Positions 26,264 to 38,191 of a stretch of DNA of 64,000 nucleotides are shown here, one piece after another. Numbering within the stretch: the stretch's first letter is position 1; each line of letters starts with the position of its first letter. Origin of the DNA: Fistulifera solaris (lineage: Eukaryota); NCBI GenBank assembly GCA_030295235.1, contig AP026136.1:558001-622000 (forward strand), written 5' to 3'. The position numbers and the translations under genes are program-made. The notes below the pieces were generated by a model. That model made no database searches. It had not been told where the DNA came from and worked only from the letters and a program-made list of their open reading frames with translations.

Positions 26264-26470
26264 AACTAAGGAACGAGAGAACCAGCGGGTACAACGGGGC
26301 CTTTACCGTCGTTCATTGATTGTACAATAGCAAATATGAATAGAACCATTTCACCGATGATAAAAAACATGCACTGATGATGACATCAGCTCGAGCGTGA
26401 TTTTACATCGAGACGACTTATAGAGGGCTTGCACCTTACGGTTTTACATAGCAACTTAGCATCGAACACG

Positions 26471-27151
26471 TTACAAATCTGCTACATACGAATTTGCTTC
26501 CGATGTTTCTGTATAAAGTCCCCATTGTTGATCCCATGTCGAACCCCCCGTAGAAATCTCTAGCACGAATTGAGTCAGAAGAGCCAACATGGCCAATCTC
26601 CCGTTCTCTAACTCAATTCGAAGCTTCCATTCATTTATCCCTTTATCCCTTCGCCCAAAGTAACCAGTCCCATAATCTCCAGGCATATCTTTGGGGTCTT
26701 TTTGTGTGAAAATGAATATTTCCAGAACACCGCACGTCACTATTACTTTCAGAAATTCGGATAAACTTAAGGCTTGTATTCGGGACAGCATGTCTCCATA
26801 ATAGAAAGATCGATCATTGTTCGTTTGATCAATGTTCCAAGCAAGCGGGCCGAGCGCCAGAGGCAAGAGTATCCGTTCCGTCATGGCCAGCATGGCTATT
26901 CTACCGTGTTTGAGCTCGGCTTCACGCAATCGCGGAAAGTTTGTATCCGATGCAATACCGAGAGGATCAAAATAGACGAATTTGTCTTTCTTGTAACTCT
27001 CAACGCCATTGACCAAAATGGTGAGAGTAGGACTGCAGCCCAGTTCTTCCGATAATGATGGAGGCCGAAAGGCGTGTGCGACAAACGAGTTGCAATGCAT
27101 CCACAAAAAAGATAGAATGACTGGTATAAATGGGACTGCTTTATTGATCAT
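26471..27151 (-). CDS. Light-harvesting complex (fucoxanthin-chlorophyll a/c-binding family) protein, divergent
   Basis: AHA-F targeting motif; FDPLG, LREAELKHGRIAMLA, PGDYG, ELENGRLAMLA. Confidence 0.9.
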   Translation of the reverse strand: MINKAVPFIPVILSFLWMHCNSFVAHAFRPPSLSEELGCSPTLTILVNGVESYKKDKFVYFDPLGIASDTNFPRLREAELKHGRIAMLAMTERILLPLALGPLAWNIDQTNNDRSFYYGDMLSRIQALSLSEFLKVIVTCGVLEIFIFTQKDPKDMPGDYGTGYFGRRDKGINEWKLRIELENGRLAMLALLTQFVLEISTGGSTWDQQWGLYTETSEANSYVADL

Positions 27152-27688
27152 CTTGGAAAGGAGATATTGTTGCTCAATGAAGTATTAACAGAATCCGCTA
27201 CCACTATCATTCGCAGCGGACGGAAATGTCTAGTGTCTTGTGTCATTGTCATCAAGAATCTTTCGTTTTTTTTTCGATCATTTACCTGGTATTATTTCTT
27301 CCAACTTTCATTTATTATTTCTTGCAACTTTCAGTAATCATTACCGGTAAGACACTTGAAATTTTAGGCTTACGTCATCAGTTGGAAAGTCATTGTGTCA
27401 TTGTACGAATGGTATTTTTTATCGAATAACACTTCCACATTCGAGCTCTATTGTAGAGGGGTCATTCAAGTTCTGTTCTTAATTCTTAAAACTCGAGGTA
27501 GGATTTCTTCGAGAAGATCAAGGATCCAAGCACACTTTACGAGATAATCAAGTGCCGATTTGAGTTATTTCGAGGGGGAGAACGGAGAACGAGACGACGG
27601 AAGACTTTTTGATCTTCGGCATCCGAGACATTCTCGATAAGGTCTTCAACAACAATCATTCCTGTTCGAGCCGATAGCTTTCGTTTGT

Positions 27689-28965
27689 ATGCCCAGAGGC
27701 CAACACATTATTCTTCTATCTGTATTGATTGTTGTTGGAGCAAGTGTTTACATAATGAGCGCACCCAGAACTTACCCGCAGCCTCCCGTTACAAACTTTA
27801 CACAATTTGATGAAGATTACGAGGATTCGAGTGATTATGACAGTGAAGAAGACGACTACTCTGACGACTATGAGTCGGGAGAAGAAGAACGACAAGTAGC
27901 GGTAGCACCTCCGCCGCCGGCTCCTGTCGTCGCACAAGCAGCTCCGTTACCTCAGCCAGTTCCTGTCCTCCAAGAAACAGCCCCTCCTCCCATCACGGTC
28001 ACCAACAACCACGCGACAGGTAATCACTCTGAGAATTATGACATGACCGAGTATTCCAACTACGATGCGCCTCATATTGTTCCAGTCTCGCCCAAGAATG
28101 TAAAAGGGAACATAACACCGTTGAGACTGTTCAAGTGGAGGCACCCGCCATTGCTTCCCAAACAGAAGACGCTGAACCCAAACACAGTGTTCCTTCCTCC
28201 TTGATGAGCACACCGTATGCTCGTGGGCTGCAAGTAGCTGTTTCACTGGCACTGCATGCTGGCAAGAACCTCAAGGCCGGCGGTGAAGATGAGCGCCATA
28301 TCGTGGAGGGCCTCTCGAAAGCCTTTCCTCAACATCGCGTGATCGGGAAAGAAGCGGTTGGCAAATCGATGGTGCCCATGTTAACGCAAGTGTATCCGAC
28401 CTGGTTTGTCGATGCGACGAACGGTGCTGGCTCTCTTCGTAGCCCCATGGCCTGCGTGACCGTCGGCATGTGCCTGAAAGGCCAGCCAGTCATCGGTATT
28501 GTCTTCAATCCATTCACCGAGGAGCTTTTCGTTGCGGCCGATGGATTCGGCGCCTTCCTCAACGGGGAAAAGATCCGCGTCAGCCAATCGGCTTTAGGTT
28601 TGGCCGCTGCGGTGGTCGGGTACGAGTTTGGAAAGGGCAAAGAAAAGTACAAAATGCTCAATGCCGTCGGCCGCATCATGGAACACGGCTGTGCGGCCAC
28701 TCGCTCACTGGGTTCCGTACCCATGAATCTGTGCTACGTGGCGAGTGGTCGCATGCACGGAACCTACGCCGGGATCGTTCCCAGTGAAGGATGGAAACCT
28801 TGGGACTTTTGCGCCGGACTGGTCATTGCCAAGGAAGCCGGGTGTCACGTCAGTGCCATTCGTAACTATGGAAACAAGGAAGAGTACGATATGTACTGCG
28901 GCTCCATTATTTGTGCCGTAAATGCATCGCTGGTCTCAGAGATTCGGCATTGTGTTTCTCAGTGA
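27689..28965 (+). CDS. Inositol monophosphatase-like protein with degenerate active site and acidic/Pro-rich N-extension
   Basis: IMPase fold motifs (FPQHRVIG, PVIGIVFNP..EELF..GAFLNG, RSLGS..LCYVASGR, WKPWD), but GKE replaces GEE and VDATNG replaces DPIDGTTNF. Frameshift near 28120. Start could be 27689 or 27755. Confidence 0.75.
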
Positions 28966-29795
28966 TGAGACCACACAACAAGGGAAATATATCTGTTTAT
29001 TGCTTTTTATTAACTAAATAGCCGTCTGCTATACATTATGGACGTTTTTATCTGATTCTGGTTGTCACTATGGATAATTGGAAAGCGTTAGCGTTAGTTG
29101 CCCTCCCACCGAGTACCAGGTGAAATGTTGTTATCCTCATGGTTTGTGTATTTTCGATATTCGTGACTGTGGAGTCGTGTGACTGCAATGACTACGTGCG
29201 GGACACAGACAAAATGGAACACGCCCAATTGTGCGGAGAAGGGAACATTCATTATCGACACTAAATAATCCGAAAAGTTCCACTTTTCGCTTTGACATTG
29301 GGGGGGAGTCTGAGGGGGGGCCATTTCTCGCCAAAAATTAGGACTTAAGGACTTACCCTCTGGCGCAATGTATGCTAATGACCTCGCTACAGGCATCCCA
29401 GCTTCTGGTTATGCCACAGTCAAAATTTCAAAATAAAAAAATAGCACAGTATACTACCGACGAGAAAATGAATTGATAAAAATGTCTATACAAAGGAGGT
29501 ATAGAGTTTTTAACAGTACAAATTATGTTTCCGTTAATTCCCATGTGTTTTATTATCTTCTCCTGGAGCACGTATTTGATATACAGAGTCGCTCGATGTG
29601 GTCGCCAATTTTTTATTCTTGTATTCTTTGTAGGGCCACATTGTAGGACCGTTGCACTTAATCTCGCCGCCTATTACGTTGCGACGCACGACACACGTCA
29701 ACAAAGGACGAAATCCCGACACGAGTTGTCACCGCCATTGCGGCACACTGTAAGGCTAAAACAATAAGTATTCAAATTGACGTCGTGAATATTGA

Positions 29796-30560
29796 ATGCC
29801 TATCATGGTATCTCAGAGAAGACTAAATGATATCAAAGAGGAGTGCAAAGTACGAACCTCATTACGGTTGCACACAGAGAGCGACGGATATTTGCAAAGC
29901 GCAATGATAAAAGCGTGTTGCGTGTGCGACGTTCTTCTCCACGAAGCCAACTCCGACGTAATTTCTAAGGATTCTTTTTTATCAAGGGAATGGCAAAAGA
30001 AGACCAATATTCCTGGTGCTTCGAAGACATTTTTTCACCGAAGAGTATTCGGTTCCTCCGCAACGAGTGTTTAAGCTCTCTTCAAAGGACAGAAAGGCTA
30101 TTGCAAAGCTTACTATATCGCCAAGAAGCGTAGTCACAAAACCCAAAGGAGTTGTCACCCTCTCTATCTGCAAGCGATGCAAGAATGCCAAGGACCGACC
30201 AAAGTGTTCCATTGTTGACCTTCCGATTGGCCATACTCCCTCAGTAATGGAGTATCTAAATGACGTCGAGCTTGCTTTACTCAGTATAGGACGTGTCTCA
30301 GGAAACATCTTTCAAATCTTTGCTGGATCTCATCAATCAATTAAACTATTCAATCATTTTTGTGACGTGCGCTGTATTTCTCTGGAAAAACATGTTCGCT
30401 AACAATACTTGATCGAGATTTTTAAACAGGTCTAAATCAACGACAAAATCATTGGCTGCCATGACCACGCAATATCTATCGATGAATACACAGTTGACTT
30501 TGATATTCGATTGCGTGCAAGTGCAAGTGGTTGTGCTGCCTGCTGCCTGCCTAATGTAGC
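29796..30560 (+). mobile_element. Decayed Helitron-like (DUF6570-type N-terminal Rep region) fragment
   Basis: CCVCD ... ICKRCK..DRPKCSI..LPIGHTP..MEYLNDVELALLSIGR...HQSIK resembles the CxxC..PK.....G..P..L..L..VE..L...R pattern upstream of Helitron Rep domains. Broken by a frameshift and stops; no Rep or helicase motifs or termini seen. Confidence 0.55.
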
Positions 30561-30741
30561 TGATGTGCCGCAACACACCAGGTTCCGTTATTTTTCCTCA
30601 CATTCACATGGTTACCATACTATTTCTCTAGTTATTGTCAGGCGCTACCGGTATGACAGTTTGCTGGATTTCTTACGTTACACTCATCACTCCTCTAGTA
30701 AGTAGCCTACAAAGTACTGGTAAGACTATCTCCGTCTGCTG

Positions 30742-30764
30742 CTACCAGGTACTGTACCTGGTAG
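30742..30764. repeat. Perfect inverted repeat, 11-bp arms with 1-nt spacer
   Basis: CTACCAGGTAC-T-GTACCTGGTAG. Confidence 0.9.
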
Positions 30765-30905
30765 TGCGTTGTACTTGTACTTCTTGCTCCGTACCGTGCA
30801 GCGTAACTTTTCCGCCTCCCAGGCGTGAGCCACAATAATGTATAACCATACGGGGTATTCACTTTGTAAAACGAGAGGTTTGATATCATCGCAAATCAAA
30901 GAAAA

Positions 30906-31957
30906 ATGAAGAATAACAGAGAAACAAGCGCGTGGTTGATTCCGATAGTCGGCGTCGGTGTTGGGCTGTGCATTGTCGACAGGATGATACGAAGGAAGAT
31001 GCAACAGAATCAAAAATACGAGATTCCTGCCGAGATTCGCCAGTCACCTTTCGCTCGAGAAGCTCAGGTGGCTGTGACTTTGGCATTAAAAGCGGGGAGG
31101 AACATGTTTTCTTACTGTGATGAGAAAGGAACCGAGGCGGAACTCCATCACAATCTCGGCATTTCCGAAAAGGGCCAACCCGAAGACTTTTGCACAATTA
31201 TTGATGTGGAAAATGAACGGCTCGTCATGCAGGGTCTTCTCGAAGCCTTCCCAACGCACAAACTCATTGGAGAAGAAACGACAGGGACGGGAGAAATTCC
31301 CCCGCTATCCAAAAGAACATCCGACCTGGATCATCGACCCGATTGATGGTACCACCAATTTTGTCTCGGGACTACCGTTGACATGTGTCAGTATTGGCTT
31401 GTGTGTTGAAGGAAAGCCCGTATTAGGTGTGGTGTATGCACCCATGACCGATGAATTGTATATAGCTGTATCAGGGCATGGTGCTTACCGAAATGGAGTT
31501 CGATTGCGAAAGCAACAAATAGTGAAACGAATGGTCGATGCTGTCGTTGGATTTGAGTTTGGATACGCGCGAGGGAAGGAAAAAAGTAATAAGATGCTGG
31601 CGGCACTTGGACGGATCATGGAAAACGGTTGCCGGACCACGCGATCGTTGGGGTCGGGTGTTCTCGATCTTGTATACGTTGCAACTGGAAGACTGGTACG
31701 TTTACGATTGACGCAACGCAGTCTTTTTACGTTTTCTCACATCCATTACGTTACAGGACGTTATTTATTCAGGTATAACGACAGAAGGCTGGAAGCCATG
31801 GGACTATTGTGCAGGAGTAGTTATTGCTAGAGAAACGGGCTGCGTCGTGGAAGCGATTGATCAAACTAAAGGGGCTGACTTTGATTTGTATTCGAAAAGT
31901 ATTATCTGTGCAGGCAGCGAAGCACTTCTCCAGGAAACACGAGTACTCATAAGCTAA
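30906..31957 (+). CDS. Inositol monophosphatase
   Basis: DFCTIID..NE, IGEE, TWIIDPIDGTTNF, RSLGSGVLDLVYVATGRL|D, WKPWD. Intron 31696-31756; frameshift at an A run near 31311; N-terminal hydrophobic anchor. Confidence 0.92.
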
Positions 31958-32027
31958 ATAGTACACATAGAAAAACACATTTTTATTTCTAGTCGATTTG
32001 AATGCAAAACAACCTGGTTGTTGGAGC

Positions 32028-35000
32028 TTATGAGAGAAAATTAGCTCGCGCGCGCTTTTTGGGGCTCGTTAATTTGTGGCTTTTGAAACCGGGCGTTGAT
32101 TTATTGTTGCTCGTTCCGCGCATGGCCTGTTCCTCTGCGAAGAACGCATCCTCCGATGCAGTGACAGATTGATAAGCAATGGATGAATGGGCAGAAAAGA
32201 CGTTCCACTTAACATTGTGATAACAGGTGATGGCTGCGCTCCATAACGTTAACACGACCAAAATCATGGTGCTGATGATAGTGGATATTCGAAGAAGAAT
32301 ATAGAGCGTCGCCATGTGCGGGCTCTGAGGTCCAAACATGTTAATTTGATCATCAATAGTTGTGCTGATTGTCCAGGCAAGCACCAGACTGTCGTCATAG
32401 GGACGAAAGTTTTCGTTAAGGAGTGAGGTGAAGACGGTGCCAATGTTCGAGTCGGTAAGCGTTCGCTTGATTTCCTCCGTGAATCGCACCATGAAATCGT
32501 CATCGCGAAGAATCTGCTTGATTTGCAAAGCAAGCTTTGCAGCTGCGAATATGGCGTCATGGTCGCAGTTGACATTTGCGGAATTTTTTTCTTTGTAGTT
32601 GAGAGGTTGCGATAAATATTCCAGGTCAGATTGCGATTGCGTTGCTTCTGCGAAGACGGCTATCTCGGCAACAATGCGAAATCCGGCTACTTCTACTTCT
32701 TTCTGTTTGGCTTTGCGTTCCAGATCATTATCGTCGTCGTACCAAGGAAGAGCTGTAAGAACGTTTACATCGCCTTCTTCAAATAGAATCGATCCACTTT
32801 TATTCTTCATGACAGCTACTAGGGCCTTTGAAAACATTTCCTGAGATTCTTCAGTCCATGTTGATAGCGGAGCTCCTCGAATACCAACAACAGTGTGAAC
32901 AACGTAAGGCACGCGACAAGAGTCGAATTCGGCACACGCATGGATGTGACAATTCCTCAGCTCGCGATGAACTTCATGACAGGTACCATCAGAAAAAGCA
33001 ACGGCTTTGATCCGAACTTGCTTACAATTTACATCACAGGCACCCCATGATCTGTCTTCGCAACGATATTGTGACTGCCTATCTTCGGGTAAAGGTTTGA
33101 CTTCCATGGCTTGAGCCAGTTCAGCGCAGGTAAGCTGACATGGTCGTTCCTCTTCACAGATCCCTTCTCCCAGGCACCTTACTACAGTGTGGTCGCGGGG
33201 GTCACTATGACTTAGAGCAGCCGCTGCTCGATTACATGTCACTGAGTCTTGATTTCCTGCAGCGAAACCGGAATGTTCCACAACAGACGTCCACCGCTCA
33301 GTTCCAAGCAAAGCGATACTGGTCAAATTGTTCTCACACAAATCCTTGTCGACGGACTCTAAACAAGGTCGAGTAAGAACAGGGTCACTAACAACGCAGT
33401 CACCCGAATGATCAACCTCACGGGAAGCCTCGGGGACATACTTTTTGTCGTAGGTGCAGGATGATTCCGCAAAACCAACCCTACCGTTTTCCCAATCGAA
33501 GACAACATTGTGACCTTGCATTGCGTTCGATCCTAGTACAGATCCGGCACTCTCCGTAAAGTACAGCCTGCTCATGTATCTTCCGGTGATCGGAGAGAAA
33601 TCCATGTAGCTCGTCGCCGGAATAGCTAAAAGTAAATCATTTGGTGACGACGGGTCCAAACTTCCCGTGTATCCCGGTATGCCGTCATAATTTTCGATCG
33701 AAGGATCCTTTGCTTCAGAGAATGCCTGGCATTGTATCAGAATCGTTGGAAGCATATTGAGCTGCTCTTTGGTAAGACTTATCGGCATATTCGAATATGA
33801 GCTCCCCGTGATTTTTATCCAGGCCTTGTTAAATTCTTTGGCTACTTGTTGATTGAGATACGTGTCGGTAGTACCCGAATCCACAATCACTCCTTTCCCA
33901 CTGTTAAAAGCCGCTACATCCATCGTCACTTTTAAAATTTTATGCGAGCCACTGGATAGCGTCGAAGATCCTCCTCCTGAGCGAATGTATATGTTCTTCA
34001 CATACACGGTGAACCATCCGAACTTGACAATATTTTGCGCGTAAATAATAGGGCCGCTGTCCAGAGACGTGGAAACGCCACCGAGAGTCATAGATCCAGC
34101 GTGGACGCCTCGTTTACTCGTTCCCAATTCACGACGATAGCACAACGCAAACATGTTGTGTTCCAGTTTGCCCTTATCAAACATTTGTTTCGGCAGAGTC
34201 GCCGGATGCGCCGACATGCCAATAATACCATCGGCCAATTGCGTTACGAACAATCCTGACATGGTTGTTTGACAACCAAACATAAAATCAATGGCGTACC
34301 GTTCGTGTCGTGGATCCGCCGCGTCCAGAGCATCGGAACCACTGCAAAACACTCGATCTCGCACTTGAATGGCTTCCCAAGTACTACCTTCCGTGTACGC
34401 CTGCTCAAACAGACAGACATCTTTTTGACAAATAATTCCATCCCGACATTCATCGCATTGCAATCGATGAAAGGTTTTGCTTTTTCGGGGATCAAAATAG
34501 GGATCGGTGTGAAAGGAATCACCACAATTTTTACAACCTACACAAGGAAAGGCCATGTAATGAGAGCCGGTATCGACGATCAGTGTTTTGCGTTGCGGAT
34601 GAGGGGATCCTATCCAAAGATTCGCATAATGTGTACCGTATCCTTGACTCAATGGGACCGCTTGATAATGCTGAAAGGAAGGGGCACGCTTCGGCAGTAG
34701 CCATCGATGGTGCGATGCATTCGTCCAGTCTCCGTCGAGTTGCAGGTCAATGCCGTTTTGTTGACGATACTGTAATTCATAACGACTGAGATGCCGGTGT
34801 CGATGAAAGTGTTGTATGTCGTAATCCTCCGCGTATTGAGGATCGTCGGGATCCGGGATGGTTGCGTACACAGCGGGTCTTTGCCCCCAATGCTCGGGAA
34901 TTGGGAACGTTTCATTCTTGTCCAGCAAATACCGCCGTTGATACAACAACGCTCCGGTAGGTTGTAAATCAAACGTAATCGACATTTGCTTCGAAAGATA

Positions 35001-35108
35001 AGCAGCTGCGAACGATGCGCGCATCAAAAGTTGGCAAAAACGAATGCTGAGAAGGACAGCGATGGGGGTCCATCGCCGGCGGCCGCTCATGATTTTGGAG
35101 AGTGTCAT
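32028..35108 (-). CDS. Membrane-anchored A1 aspartic protease (plasmepsin V/nepenthesin-like) with long C-terminal extension
   Basis: Signal peptide; LIVDTGS and IVDSGTT catalytic motifs; YTEGS, FGC, ADGIIG, VVFDWENGRVGFA; Cys-rich region; C-terminal TM helix. Confidence 0.9.
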   Translation of the reverse strand: MTLSKIMSGRRRWTPIAVLLSIRFCQLLMRASFAAAYLSKQMSITFDLQPTGALLYQRRYLLDKNETFPIPEHWGQRPAVYATIPDPDDPQYAEDYDIQHFHRHRHLSRYELQYRQQNGIDLQLDGDWTNASHHRWLLPKRAPSFQHYQAVPLSQGYGTHYANLWIGSPHPQRKTLIVDTGSHYMAFPCVGCKNCGDSFHTDPYFDPRKSKTFHRLQCDECRDGIICQKDVCLFEQAYTEGSTWEAIQVRDRVFCSGSDALDAADPRHERYAIDFMFGCQTTMSGLFVTQLADGIIGMSAHPATLPKQMFDKGKLEHNMFALCYRRELGTSKRGVHAGSMTLGGVSTSLDSGPIIYAQNIVKFGWFTVYVKNIYIRSGGGSSTLSSGSHKILKVTMDVAAFNSGKGVIVDSGTTDTYLNQQVAKEFNKAWIKITGSSYSNMPISLTKEQLNMLPTILIQCQAFSEAKDPSIENYDGIPGYTGSLDPSSPNDLLLAIPATSYMDFSPITGRYMSRLYFTESAGSVLGSNAMQGHNVVFDWENGRVGFAESSCTYDKKYVPEASREVDHSGDCVVSDPVLTRPCLESVDKDLCENNLTSIALLGTERWTSVVEHSGFAAGNQDSVTCNRAAAALSHSDPRDHTVVRCLGEGICEEERPCQLTCAELAQAMEVKPLPEDRQSQYRCEDRSWGACDVNCKQVRIKAVAFSDGTCHEVHRELRNCHIHACAEFDSCRVPYVVHTVVGIRGAPLSTWTEESQEMFSKALVAVMKNKSGSILFEEGDVNVLTALPWYDDDNDLERKAKQKEVEVAGFRIVAEIAVFAEATQSQSDLEYLSQPLNYKEKNSANVNCDHDAIFAAAKLALQIKQILRDDDFMVRFTEEIKRTLTDSNIGTVFTSLLNENFRPYDDSLVLAWTISTTIDDQINMFGPQSPHMATLYILLRISTIISTMILVVLTLWSAAITCYHNVKWNVFSAHSSIAYQSVTASEDAFFAEEQAMRGTSNNKSTPGFKSHKLTSPKKRARANFLS

Positions 35109-35884
35109 GGTTCGTCGTTGCGCATCTGCAGGGTTTTCTCCTTTTTCCCCTCAAAGACTTCTCATTCATAAATGCGCCACTCAAATGGGAGAGGCGGCTT
35201 GTTTAAGACAAACAAGAGCTGGTATTATTAATAACGGCGTGTTTTGATAGCTCGTATTTGCCTCGATCATCATTATTGTATTTTCTCATTTTTCACGTCA
35301 TTACCAACATCAAAAAAATACTACGGAGTATAAATTAAAGTGTATAGCGATCTTTACAACGACTGAATTTTTCAATAACGAGTTAAAACGATTCTCCATG
35401 CGGTCTTTGAAACAATATCATTAGATTCATCTAGCACATGAAAGATAACATTCTTCACTTTGATCTTTCAGATACTTTTTAAGTTTCCGCTTTTCAACCT
35501 GACACTACCGAGCTCCCACTTCCAGGCGCAAACTTCGAAACGCTATTTTAAAGCGTGGGTACGTGACCTGTCATGTAGCAGGATCTTGCATCGATGGAGG
35601 GAGAAACCCCGCTTGGATTAAAATATGCTTTTAAATTCAGTCTACATTATTTTTAACTGGTTGTTCATGTCGGAATCTTGCAAAGCATCGCCTTTCGAAT
35701 TGACTATAACACCAAAGTGTAGACCACCTTTTGACACGACTGTATTCCAGTCATGAATCGTGAGGCGATCGAAATACAAGAATTATTCTTTTTCTCATCA
35801 CACAAAGTAGATCACAACCTCACTTTACTTCGTATACAATAGTTAAACATTCAAAAATCATCCACGTGCTTATATGACTGAAGC

Positions 35885-37081
35885 ATGGGAAAGGAATCGA
35901 AATCGCTTGATGGAGCCGTGCCGAACAATGCCCATTGCGTCAGCAGTCGAGCGAAATGAAACACCGTCGCGATGCAATCTATATTACGTAGTACTTCATG
36001 CTTTTTACCCGTAGCACGATCGATCGAGGATGTCGTCGTCATTTGAAACAACGTCTGGAAAGGCATTTTCCGGAGGCCGATCCACGCCAGTGTATAAGGT
36101 CTCTGGAACCGTTCGCAAGGAAAACGGAACTTCGGCTCGTCGACAATTCGTCGTAAAATGGGTGCGACTGCCCGACGACCGACCCGAAAAGACGATCCTT
36201 TGACGAGAATCGTATGCCGTCGAACGACGATTCTATGAGAATGTCGTCATTCAAGAGCGTTTGCAGAATGCCGCGTTGACGATCCCCAAAGGACTGACCA
36301 GTGATCGTCTCGATGGATCCTCGTTTTGTATATTAATAAATGATCTGACGACAAAGTATCCTCTGCATCCCGATCGTATGTCATTGCAACAAGCAGCCAG
36401 TGCATGGCAATGAAATGCCACTTTCCATGCCTGCTTCTGTGGTGATTCATGTCCTCACCTATTGTGGGATCGGGGTGCCTTCTGGACTCGAACCTGTACC
36501 GTACAAGGAATCGCTTCGGCGACACCAATTCGTGGAATCGAAATATCCACGATGTGTGACGTCTCGTACCATGACTTGTCGGACATTGGTTGCACGCAGC
36601 TGGCCCATCGATTGCTCATTTTCTCACCCAGTATGCTCAAAATCGAAACTATCGAACCGTAATACATGGTGATTACAAAGGCCGCCAATGCGACCGCCAT
36701 TGATTTTCAATACACGGGTGGAGGGGTTGGTGCGGAAGATGTGGCATACTTGCTGTATCCCGATGCATTTGGAGACTGGTTTGCTCACGAAAAAAATGCT
36801 CTACAAACCTATCATGAAACATTGGTGACGCAGCTGGTACTCCAATGCAAGGGCGGTCCTTCACGTTGCCATTCGAGACATTCTTCAAATTCTATAAACT
36901 CGCCCGTTTAGATATGACGCGGCATTGGCTGTGTCAAGGATGGATTGCCAGTACGAAAGGAGAGGCCAAGCTGGTCTGTGCACTGGAGAAAGCACTGGAT
37001 GAAATGGATGGGGGATCCATGTTGTTGAAAGGAGACAATGAATACCAAGCAGCTCTCCATCGATTTGTTTTTGGTCCGTGA
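35885..37081 (+). pseudogene. Ecdysteroid/choline kinase-like (APH superfamily) gene, heavily disrupted
   Basis: SYAVERRFYE near 36210 and AIDFQYTGGGVGAEDVAYLL near 36700 are recognisable. Many frameshifts and stops lie between them, and no intact HGD catalytic motif is visible. Confidence 0.6.
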
Positions 37082-37486
37082 AGAATTTGGAAAACAATTA
37101 GGAAACAGGAAAATGGTGGGTTGGTTTCGAGCATCAACGGTTTCCGAGAGCTTGATTATTCTATATCCAGCACACTTCAGGGAACTGAGCTGAGGAAGGC
37201 TGATGGATGCCTTAGCTTGAGCGGTCCTGTTAAGTACGGTACCGGGAGCGGCGTTAAAATTCTGCCTCGTCGTAGACGCTACGTAGAGTCTTGTACTGGG
37301 AGGCAGAATTTTAACGTCCTTCCCGGTGTGAATGTGTTTCCCCAGTGATTTGAAAATTCCGACGAATGAATAGACCAAAAAATAAATAATGATGCGATGA
37401 CGACGACGACGACGACGAGATGCAAGAACGACTCCATTATGGTACTGGTATTGAAACTGGTGGCATTGCTGCTCCAGATCCAAACA

Positions 37487-38191
37487 ATGATTATATATTT
37501 TTCACTCATATTAATTATTGCGGATGTGATGATTCCCACTGATGCCTTCATTTTTGTATCACGCAAAGATATTCACACAATTCGTCGGGTCACGGAAGAT
37601 CCGAGTGGTTTATTCCGTTCTGGTCCCTACATACCATCGGGTCTTACTGCCGAAGAGTATCAGCAATTGAAAGAAAAGGAGGCAGAGAAATTGCGCAAAA
37701 TGGACTTCGGGGCTTGGGGACCCCGATTCAAACGATCGGATTGTCCCGACGGTGATTGGCTGTTGCAACCGAAGCTGTGGAAGATGGGTTTTACGGTCAA
37801 CGATTCGTCCGATCCATCCATCACGACACCGAATCCGTTAACCGAGAAAATCAAAAGGTTACAAAAAGTCTGGAGGAGAAATCTACTGCCGTTCACTTTA
37901 TTAGTCGTTGGCCTACATGCTCTTTTTTCGGCCATCCGTGTGATACGATCGGCATCTACAATCCGCGCATCGGCTTTGATTCTCTTGACTTGGCGGCCCC
38001 TCCAATCTACTTGTATAGTCGGAGTATCGGGCATTCTTTCGCCGATGGTGGGACGATGGCTCGAATGGTACAGTCGCCGCCGTTTATGGACGATACGACG
38101 CACGGCGGTCGTAACGGGGTCACTTTCGTTGCTGGCGTTTACGATCGGGTCGGCGGTTGTCGTATGTATACGCGTGTTATCTTTCAGCTAA
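37487..38191 (+). CDS. Hypothetical membrane protein, probably plastid-targeted
   Basis: Signal peptide ending TDA-F; YIPSGLTAEEYQQLKEKE..DFGAWGPRF; three C-terminal hydrophobic segments. Confidence 0.6.
   Translation: MIIYFSLILIIADVMIPTDAFIFVSRKDIHTIRRVTEDPSGLFRSGPYIPSGLTAEEYQQLKEKEAEKLRKMDFGAWGPRFKRSDCPDGDWLLQPKLWKMGFTVNDSSDPSITTPNPLTEKIKRLQKVWRRNLLPFTLLVVGLHALFSAIRVIRSASTIRASALILLTWRPLQSTCIVGVSGILSPMVGRWLEWYSRRRLWTIRRTAVVTGSLSLLAFTIGSAVVVCIRVLSFS

Noticed and set aside
30690..30770. CTAG and hairpin considered as a Helitron 3' terminus
   Set aside because: The hairpin lies downstream of the CTAG rather than just upstream, so the geometry does not fit.
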